A stretch of 64,000 nt of DNA. It comes from Nitrospirales bacterium. Its GTDB lineage: Bacteria; Nitrospirota; Nitrospiria; Nitrospirales; UBA8639. The stretch's first letter is position 1, and the number at the start of each line of letters is the position of its first letter. The stretch covers positions 2,495,318 through 2,559,317 of the forward strand of contig CBDBCZ010000017.1 of NCBI GenBank assembly GCA_965203295.1, read 5' to 3'. A model generated the notes under the pieces. That model made no database searches. It saw only the letters and a list, made by a program, of their open reading frames with translations, and was not told where the DNA came from. The translations under genes and the position numbers were made by a program. Shown in pieces: positions 13,701-22,189 of this stretch.

Positions 13701-15834
13701 GCTTGCAGAGATGAACCAGTTGGCTGGAGAGGAGAAACCACTGCAAATGGACAGTGAGAAGCAGATGGTGAGTTAGGATAACATTGCATTGTCTTGACTA
13801 TGCCATCAGTGGAAGTGGTGTAGGAATAGCCTCATTCCCAGGCCTCCGCACAGCTTTTATCGCTTGCAGTACAAAAAGCGTGGAAGGCCTGGAATATTTT
13901 ATCATGTGAATGACGTTGAGGGTAGAGAGAGGGTAGCTTAGAGAGACTTTAAATGAATGTGGGCGAAACTATAGCAACGTGCCCACGCAGAGCCAATTTA
14001 TCAAGAAGAGTCACACTTCTTACTAATGTACTTAAGCAAGTACTTCTGATGGGCTTCCCTCATACCCTTTGTGCACTAAACAGCATTTACTGTTTAGTAA
14101 CTGCTTGGACTGTCCAATGACAGCGTAATAGAAATGAGACAAGTAATAGAAAACGTTTGTACAATGCCATGAACTTGATGTAATATTTTATAACCGTGGT
14201 AAGAGTTTGTGCCATCAGTTTCTTGCTGCCTTTTACAGATTGACGGAGAATTTGCTGTTGACCTTTTGGGAGAGCTAGTCCGAGCATACCTAGCAGCCAA
14301 GGACACCAGATCTCAGGTACCACATGTATACTAAGAGTATCAACACCTTAAAACCACTAGGCCCTTAAGATTATTTAAGATGTTAATATAGAAAGGAAAG
14401 TAGGAGATCCTTTGTGATACCTATAACCTTTTTGCTTCACACCTGGCTTTGTATACTGTATAGCGCTTAAATTTCGTGGGTCTTTAATTTCACCAATTTC
14501 GCGAATTTGGAAAGAAATTTGTGTTTATGCATGGTTAGCTAATCGCATGAAACATGATAGGCACAATGCTCTGAACTTAGAACTTGGAGTTCTTCTCTAT
14601 TGGCTAGTAGTATGGAGCTTCAGAAGTTCTTTTCTCTAGGCTTGGAGCACTATATATTGTGTACTGGTTGTTCCCTTTTCTTGTTGTGTTTTTGAATGCC
14701 TGCTCGTTGTACGGGATAAGTATGTATAACCTAGACAGCAATCTTTCTCTGAATATGCAGCATGACATCAGCCTTGCTCTGTATGTGTTACCACATGTCC
14801 TAACATGCCTGCTCAGGCAAGGATCACCTGCAGTACTTAAAGAGGTGCGTAAGTACATGTATGTACATGTGGATTGTGCATTACTTGTTGCGGCTTGTTC
14901 ACCTCTGAATTATAATAATTATGGTCTTAAGTTTTAGCTACAACTTTAGGTTGATTTTTTAAAACCAAATGTAATACGGCTGGAAACCAATTCATTTTGG
15001 GTAGTCAATAGTTTGCAGGCCACAGTTGGCTCATATCTCAGTGCCACTAGCATAGAAGTAGTATCTAGTGTGTTTTTATATTTTCCATCTGAAAAACCAG
15101 CTTGAAAATTTCAAAGTAATCACCTGGGGCTTAGTTTAGCAGCAGGTAGGCCAAGCTAATTGCAGCTGTAGAAGACTGTCTGTCTCATCCTGTATAAACA
15201 GATAAGTAATGGTCATGGAACACACAGTTCGGCAGCTCGGTAGTTGGTAGCTGTAACTTGCAAAAGCAGAATATCGTCCACTTTTTTGCCATCTGGACAG
15301 CACAAAACTATTATACTTACTTGCTGTTGCTTGGCCTACAAAACTCCAAAAGCTGCTAATAGACTGCAGTTGTATAGTGGTTTGTGACATAATATTGCAC
15401 ATGTGATAAATGTTGACACACAAGCAGGCAACATACATATGTGGTAAACATCTTAGCCCTGTCCCTGCAGCAGCTACCGTAGGACTAGTTGTAATTGCGT
15501 AGTGAAAACATTGCATATACAGTGCTCCAAAGTAAAAATGTCAACTTTTTGATTTATAGACATTTTGCTTACAAGAATTAAAAATTTTGGCATGTTTCTA
15601 CCTGTGATCGTTCATTAAACAAGTACATTACCTTTTCTTGCACAAAGTCTTGATAATAAAAGAGTTAAACGCACCCTCCGCATAGCGCTAATACAAATCC
15701 GCCATGTTCTTGTGACATCACGCAAAAATCGTGATATCACAACCACGCTGAGGCGTGCGCACTCATATGATGTCATCGCTAGCCTTGCGCGTACGCGTGC
15801 ACGTTCAAATTCCCCACGGATCGAGTTTCTTCCT

Positions 15835-17236
15835 ATGTCAACTGTAGCTGCTAAACCAACAACCGGTTCTTTTCAGAACCAGACTTCAACAGAAGCCACT
15901 GAGCTGACAACCAGTTCTTCTCAGAACTATGTTTCCACTACTCCTCAGTCCAAGGCTTCCAGGAAGAGGGGAATAGCAGCCCTGCTGGCAGATGTTACAA
16001 ACCAGACTGTGCCAGCAAAGCGTGCCTGCATCACCCAGACCAGAGAGAAGATCTCACAGCAAATACCACAGGCAAAAGCTCCAAGGGGACTTTCAAGTGT
16101 GGCATTGCATTCAAACAAGTCCGGAGAGCCAGAGAATGAGCCTGTGATTAGGAAGTCCCCACGACAGCACCAACTCAACGAGCCAGAGGTTGAAGCTGTA
16201 ACCCTTGGACGCTTGGTGAAACACGAACATACAGCTGTTGAAATGGCTAGCCTGTGCATGGCGGCTGACGTGGCAGAGCAACTCTCTCCTTTGCTGCTCG
16301 GTACCTTCCAGGTTTCAGAGTAAGTGTACGTAGAATCATAGATATGTATGGTAGAATGAACGTTCGTTTGCATGCGTGCAATCATGGGTGCAATCAGTTT
16401 GGCTTGTGAGCCAGAATGTGCTCTCTGGATCACGAGACTAGGATGAAGCATAGATATCTATGCATGTCATGTAGCTAGTATGACCTACATTAACTTTTAT
16501 CCTGTTCTTTTACAGAGTAATTGCATCACCTGTGTACTCCAGAGCTACTGATGGCAACAGAAGCTGGCGGTACAGGGTCATTGATGTTAACATCTCCATC
16601 AGTGGCTCTGTACTATTGCTGGAAGGTGTCCGAACAGCACTGGAGAGCATCCACTCTGTCTTACCTAGGCTGTGGTTTGCTGAGATAAGTCCTTCTGTAC
16701 CCACTTCTCCTTCCTGCGTCTCTACATCTTCTCCTCCTGCATGTACTTCCCCTGACGAACTGTTTTGTGTCTCCCTTCTTACCGTACCTTCCTGCATCCC
16801 CACACCTCCCTCTTGCATCCCCACACCTCCCTCTTGGATCCCCACCCCTCCCTCTTGGATCCCCACCCCTCCCTCTTGGATCCCCACACCTCCCTCTTGG
16901 ATCCCCACCCCTCCCTCTTGCATCCCCACATCTCCCTCTTGGATCCCCACCCCTCCCTCTTGCATCCCCACACCTCCCTCTTGGATCCCCACCCCTCCCT
17001 CTTGCATCCCCACATCTCCCTCTTGCATCCCCACATCTCCCTCTTGGATCCCCACCCCTCCCTCTTGCATCCCCACACCTCCCTCTTGCATCCCCACATC
17101 TCCCTCTTACATCCCCACACCTCCCTCTTGCATCCCCACATCTCCCTCTTGCATCCCCACACCTCCCTCTTGCATCCCCACATCTCTCTCTTGCGTCTCC
17201 ACATCTCCCTCTTACATCCCCACATCTCTCTCTTGA
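15835..17236 (+). CDS. Spliced transposon gene (exons 15835-16319, 16516-17236): S/T/basic disordered N-terminus + C-terminal half of a HIRAN-like domain + Pro/Ser/Thr heptad repeats; probably a chimera made by inversion
   Basis: Intron 16320-16515 (GTAAGT...TTTTACAG, phase 2) joins the two ORFs in frame (FQVSE|VIASPVYSR). AADVAEQLSPLL resembles the HIRAN helix. The stop lies in a variant repeat unit (tcttga vs tcttgc). Confidence 0.7.
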
Positions 17237-17830
17237 GTCTCCACATCTCCTCCTCCTACTCGTACTTCCCCTGACCCTCTCGACGAACTGTTTTGTGTGT
17301 CCCTTCCTTCATCGCCTCCACATCTTCTTGCATCACCACACCTCCTCCTCCTAAACGTACTCGTACTTCCCCTGACCCTCTCGACGAACTGTTTTGTGTG
17401 TCCCTTCCTTCTGTACCTTCCTGCATCCCCACATCTCCCTCTTGCGTCTCCACATCTCTCTCTTGCGTCTCCACATCTCCCTCTTACATCCCCACATCTC
17501 TCTCTTGAGTCTCCACATCTCCTCCTCCTACTCGTACTTCCCCTGACCCTCTCGACGAACTGTTTTGTGTGTCCCTTCCTTCATCGCCTCCACATCTTCT
17601 TGCATCTCCACACCTCCTCCTCCTAAACGTACTCGTACTTCCCCTGACCCTCTCGACGAACTGTTTTGTGTGTCCCTTCCTTCTGTACCTTCCTGCATCC
17701 CCACATCTCCCTCTTGCGTCTCCACATCTCCTCCTCCTACTCGTACTTCCACTGACCCTCTTGACGAACTGTTTTGTGTGTCCCTTCCTACTGTACCTTC
17801 TTCTCCTTCCTGCGTCTCCACATCTGCTTC
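16786..17830. repeat. 21-bp minisatellite (cctccctcttgcatccccaca) followed by larger degenerate duplications (272-bp period at 17236/17508)
   Basis: Directly visible; translates as (PPSCIPT)n / (QEGGVGM)n. Confidence 0.97.
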
Positions 17831-18087
17831 TCTTCCTGCATGTGACTGCTTTGCCTTTGACTCAGCCTCTGTTCTTACAAATTCTGCTATACCAGATAGC
17901 TCTATTTTTCTTGACTCTCCTATCTCTACTCCTCCTCCTTCTCCAAAAATTTAAAACTGTCCCCACCCCCACATCATCACACCTTTCTGAACCGGTTATT
18001 CTTAAAACCACCCCATTACAAATGATTTCACCTGTTTGCAGTTTAGCACCATACGTTCCAATATTCAGATCTTACGAGTAGTCATAC

Positions 18088-18430
18088 ATAAATTGCTAGA
18101 AAGGAATTAAATAATGTCCATGGAAGTGAAAAGGTTTTAAGGAGTAAAGGAAGTGAACAATATAAAGCAAATATAATTGGCATGGAGGGGTGATACATAC
18201 CATAATCCTTATGAGTTCACTAGAAAACTTATCAGAAATGATATTTAAATTTCAGTTTCTATAAATTGCTAGAAAGTAATGCCCATGCAATTGAAAACGC
18301 TTAAGGAGTACAGGAAATGTACAATATAAATAAAGTTAGCAAATAAAACATGCTTGGGGTAAAACATACCATAATCCTTAGTTCACTAGAAAATCAGAAA
18401 TATCTCTATAAATTACTGGAAAGGAATTGA
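18088..18430. repeat. AT-rich degenerate tandem repeat (~150-170 bp period) between the convergent transposon genes
   Basis: ataaattgctagaaag-like motif at 18088, 18261 and 18408; cataccataatcctta..gttcactagaaa twice. Confidence 0.75.
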
Positions 18431-18461
18431 ATTAAGGCTATTAAAAGGTAAATGTAAATTT

Positions 18462-18707
18462 CTACTTATCAGTATCAAACACACGCCTATGGGATTTGTA
18501 TGATTTCACCTTTTCATCAACGTTCCAGCATGTAGAGCCTTCCCTATATGCTCTCAAATAATCCCTGGCTTTCCTCATAAATTTCATGATTAGTTCTTGG
18601 CTGCAACTGTACATGTCCAGACTTTCTGGAACAATTTTCCTCAAGCGCACTATGGAACCATTTGCATGGGCTCTAGTGTGCTTTTTAGCATGACACCAGC
18701 ATCGTTC
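18462..18707 (-). CDS. C-terminal 81 aa of the DDE transposase (ERCWCHAKK...YKSHRRV), separated from the rest by the Crypton
   Basis: Removing 18709-20699 fuses CELNPI to ERCW in frame, restoring the ITm (S/C)xELNPIExxW catalytic motif. Confidence 0.93.
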   Translation of the reverse strand, partial: ERCWCHAKKHTRAHANGSIVRLRKIVPESLDMYSCSQELIMKFMRKARDYLRAYREGSTCWNVDEKVKSYKSHRRVFDTDK

Positions 18708-18961
18708 TTTAGAGTATAGTGTTACAAAATCTCGCATTTTGATTGGTTAATGCATGGTCTCTAAATCTCATAGAGTCCACGGTTGGTGGACTCTATAGAA
18801 GCCCCCAGGACGTGGACTCTATAGAAGCCCCCAGGATACGCAAATACCACAAATAATATTGTGTAGCCAAAGGTCACAGATGATGTAAGAGTATAGTGTC
18901 GTCATAACAGTATAGAATAGATATAGTACACGAGATAATATAGATCGGTGTGATAACTAGG

Positions 18962-20500
18962 CTAGTCAGAGTCCGAGTCGAGGATCATCGCCCTTTTCCT
19001 CCTAGGAAGTGTCTCAGTGTGTGGAGCTGCAGGCTTACCCACATAGAAGTTCACGGTGCAGTGATTGAATGTAGCAGATGGGAGGTTGAAAGTACGGAGC
19101 TGCTGACTGTGCTGAGAGGCAGAGAGGAAAGTTGGTGTCGTATCAGCGAGCAGTGCAGGCACAGCGGGAGCAAGGTGGGAACTCCTGGTACCATCCAGTT
19201 TGGCCTTCTTCGTACCACCATTGAGAATGTCAGAAAGGGCTTCACGCTGTGCATCAGAAGTCCTCTTGTAGGAGCGGACGCCCTCCAGACTTCTGTGACC
19301 AGTGCGCTCCATGACAAGCTGCTCATCTACCCCAGACTGGTAGAGTCTGCTGGTTGCAGTGGCTCGTAAGGAGTGATTGGTTTTGTAGCCTTCAATGCCT
19401 GCTGACTTGCAAAGGCGAGCTACAGTTTTACCAAGAGTTGTATGCCCCAGTGGACACTTCGAATACCAACAGCTCGATGTCGGAGTTCGAGAAGGCTGTA
19501 GGTAGAACGCGTGAGGTGGTGCATCTTCAGGACACAACTCACGGTAGCGCTGGAACAATCTCACAAAGCACCGTTTCTGTTTGTCCAAGTTTGCGTGGTG
19601 AGTAACAACTTTAGGTGCCACCTTTCTCCCCTTCAATCCACCGGGATGATTTTTGGATACATCTTCGGTGTACTTCAAGTATGGCCTCTCACCAGGACGT
19701 TCGACCAGCTCAATTTGGCATGGGGTACGCCTCAGTTGGCGGTGTTCTTTGCCACTTCGAAGAGCAAAATAGAGGCCATTGTAGAACACAATTGTGTCCA
19801 AAAGGCTCTGTGGGGTAGCATCACCAAGTAGCCCTTTTTTCCAAAGCAACTCTTCTTCGTCCTCCGTCAGAACCTCTGCCTGCCTTTTCTTTGATCCAAT
19901 GCCCTGACTCTGCAGCCTCTTCATTTCGGCATCTAAAGAAGCTCTGAAGTCCGCAAATTCGTCATCTTTGAAGAAGTCGATTTGGGGCTTTCCGGTCCAT
20001 CTCAGGTGACGCATCAATCCGGAGCAAATGTGATGAAGCGTGTTGGGAGGATAGACACTACCATCTCTCTTTCTGGCTTCAAGGATGAATCTCGTCAACC
20101 AGTGCTGCAATTCGTCTCTTGTCATTTCTTGTAGGGTAGCTATAGTATCTCCTGTGGTCTGTTGGCGATGTTTTCTCCACTCCACCCATATATTCAAACA
20201 GTATTTGGTATCCTCTTGAGTCTTCTTGGGAATCCCTTTTTGCCTTTCGTTTGCTATCTCTGCGTCAGTTTTTGGGGGTGCAAAACGGACGCATGGGAGG
20301 GATGAGCTCGTAGACGGGTGGGTGGAGCTGGTTATAGCGCTAGCGCACGCCGGTAGGGTGGGGCCAGAAGGGGTGGAGTCAGCGAGCTGCTCGGTCACGT
20401 CACTCGTTGCTAGTAGACGTTCGAGGTCGCCGCTAAAGCCTGGCTCGTCAACTTGTAGCCACTCTAACAAGTCGTCGCTCAAGAGATCTTCTAACTCCAT
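18962..20500 (-). CDS. Crypton tyrosine recombinase (DUF3504-type, CryptonA/ZMYM/QRICH1/KCTD1-like), 512 aa, intact
   Basis: L.RFILEARKRDGSVYPPNTL box; catalytic set ALRSGKEH (R), SKN (K), TNHSLRAT (HxxR), TGHRS (H), VRSYKR (Y). Confidence 0.95.
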   Translation of the reverse strand: MELEDLLSDDLLEWLQVDEPGFSGDLERLLATSDVTEQLADSTPSGPTLPACASAITSSTHPSTSSSLPCVRFAPPKTDAEIANERQKGIPKKTQEDTKYCLNIWVEWRKHRQQTTGDTIATLQEMTRDELQHWLTRFILEARKRDGSVYPPNTLHHICSGLMRHLRWTGKPQIDFFKDDEFADFRASLDAEMKRLQSQGIGSKKRQAEVLTEDEEELLWKKGLLGDATPQSLLDTIVFYNGLYFALRSGKEHRQLRRTPCQIELVERPGERPYLKYTEDVSKNHPGGLKGRKVAPKVVTHHANLDKQKRCFVRLFQRYRELCPEDAPPHAFYLQPSRTPTSSCWYSKCPLGHTTLGKTVARLCKSAGIEGYKTNHSLRATATSRLYQSGVDEQLVMERTGHRSLEGVRSYKRTSDAQREALSDILNGGTKKAKLDGTRSSHLAPAVPALLADTTPTFLSASQHSQQLRTFNLPSATFNHCTVNFYVGKPAAPHTETLPRRKRAMILDSDSD

Positions 20501-20552
20501 TCTCAGCCGTGCGTATAGTGCCAGCGTAGTTACCGTTGCTATACTCTAAATT

Positions 20553-20694
20553 GGTTAGATATCTCGTCCAATGGGATCTACGCGATTTAGAAACCCTCGG
20601 GCCCTTAGTAGCGCCCTCGCTTCGCTCGGGACGCTACAGCCTCGGGCCCTCGGGTTTCTAAATCGCGTAGATCCCATGGACTCGATGTCTAACC
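20553..20694. repeat. ~140-bp imperfect hairpin at the Crypton end upstream of the recombinase ATG
   Basis: Arms ggttagatatctcgtccaatgggatctacgcgatttagaaaccc / gggtttctaaatcgcgtagatcccatggactcgatgtctaacc; loop ccctcgcttcgctcggg. Confidence 0.95.
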
Positions 20695-20698
20695 TATA

Positions 20699-22189
20699 TA
20701 TAGGGTTCAGTTCACAGTGAAACTTTGGGTAGTACATGCACAGATGCCCTCTTGCCTCTATCATTTCCTCAAGTATAGTTTTTTTGTTAGAGAAGTCTTC
20801 ATACTGGTTCAGGATTTCTCTCATCTTGAGCGCAACCATCCCATCTGTATTTATCCCTCTCTCCTGCAGGACGATTTTCATCCCTTTTGCACGACCATCT
20901 GCCAATACCATCGTCTGGGGTTTCCCATCAAAAACAGTGTCTCTAAATATCGGCTGCTTTCCCCCAGGACCAACATTCATGCGCTCTGCGTTGAGGGCAT
21001 CGTCACTGACTTTACAGTGGGATGGAGCGTTGTCGAAAAGAAACAATGCCTGCGAATCGGGGAATTTCTTCTCAAAAATATTGATGGCACCATCTACTTG
21101 CTCCAGGAGTTTGTCATTGTTGAAGTAGCCATCACTCTGTGTCTCAAGAAGTAGCCTGGCCTGATCCCCATCGTGCTTCAAATAGTCATTTGTTGACTCT
21201 TCTATGAAGTCAGAGACCATGATAGCCTGGCCCAGTGACTTCTGCTTTAACGCTTGGATCGTGTCGTCTCCCCAGTAGGAGGACTGGTCTGCGTTTGCGT
21301 AGAACGTCGACTCGTCATGATGAACGATGACTATGGGCTTTTCATTCTCGAGCAGTTGAGGAGGGTGATTGCCATACTCACACCTGCGATCAAGGTCGTC
21401 CAACTTCTGAACGAATTTGTGGCGATACTGGACAATGTCGTCTCTCTCATGCCCATCAAAATACATACCTTTATGGTGGTGTGTCTGTGAGAACCCAAGG
21501 TTATGCAACCATACCCGTGCGGTCTCTGCACACACATCAACATGGTATATTTCTTGGATCCAACCCAGAAACATGTTGGCCGTTAAGTTGGGCTCACCTC
21601 GTCTGTGGGCACGTGATCTGACGTACTCCCTCGCCTTGAGACGAAATTCTTCGTCATTGATCAAGCTTCTTTGCCAAGATGCTTTGGTTCTCCCACTTTC
21701 AAACGAGAGAAGATCAGTGATGGCTTCATCAGTCACAGCATCCGGCGAAATTCCAACCATTGACTCGATGAATGCATTTGCCCACTTTCTCACGGACCTC
21801 GTGGATGCCCCAGTCACATCTGCTGCCATTTGAAGAGCCTGGAGGATACCGTATCCCCATGTTGTTGCAGCCTTGATAAACACTTGAATCCCAATTGCCC
21901 TTTGTATTGCACTTTCTGTATTTCTCTCTATGTATCCCTCAAAATGTCCCAGCAGTAAACTTCGACCACGACGCACTATTCTTACATCTACACAGTTACT
22001 GTCATAGGGATTGTCAGGCCTCCTTACAAACTCCACGCAATCTCCAACCCTGGATCCATACACTGATAAGCTATAAAACGCAACGCCACGGACCTGGGCA
22101 ACAAAGCGAGCCAGCACCGCTCCAGTCATCGTCGCCATCTTCTGGCCGGCCAAGGATATTGCATTCTTGTGGTTGCTGACGCATTTCAT
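20699..22189 (-). CDS. DDE transposase (ITm superfamily, DD111E), 5' 497 codons, currently fused to the N-terminal half of a HIRAN domain
   Basis: Catalytic motifs VHHDESTF, FLFDNAPSH, YPKFHCELNPI; HTH-like ETARVWLHNLGF; N-terminus VRGVAFY...RRPDNPYDSNCVDV...LLGH is HIRAN-like. Total 578 aa after Crypton removal. Confidence 0.93.

Larger units (their letters stand above)
1..14020. repeat. Segmental duplication, copy 1 (left end outside window)
   Basis: Collinear, near-identical to 40206-55618. Begins tggcctaagcaactgg in both; identity stops after aagaagagtcacacttct (14020 / 55618). The ORF track shows near-identical ORF pairs. Confidence 0.98.
18709..20699 (-). mobile_element. Autonomous Crypton (tyrosine-recombinase DNA transposon), 1991 bp
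   Basis: Boundaries set by in-frame restoration of the interrupted transposase; no TSD; single intact YR ORF; 12-bp left-end sequence inverted at 20539-20550; terminal hairpin. Confidence 0.92.

Noticed and set aside
753..15516. Most 60-135-aa ORFs in the six-frame track
   Set aside because: Non-ATG starts, no motifs, or overlap with repeats and introns; their recurrence near 41-55 kb reflects the duplication, not conservation.
16510..17821. Several overlapping ORFs such as (QEGGVGM)n, (LLHPHTS)n, (WGCKREM)n
   Set aside because: By-products of a stop-free 21-bp repeat. Only the frame linked by the 16320-16515 intron has support.
20555..20698. Last 47 aa of the 544-aa ORF, and first 10 aa of the 91-aa ORF at 18708-18737
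   Set aside because: Read-through into Crypton end sequence; not part of the transposase.
16240..21960. The Crypton recombinase as catalyst of the internal inversion
   Set aside because: No CTAA-N-TTAG core sites or clear inverted repeats at either breakpoint; only co-location supports it.
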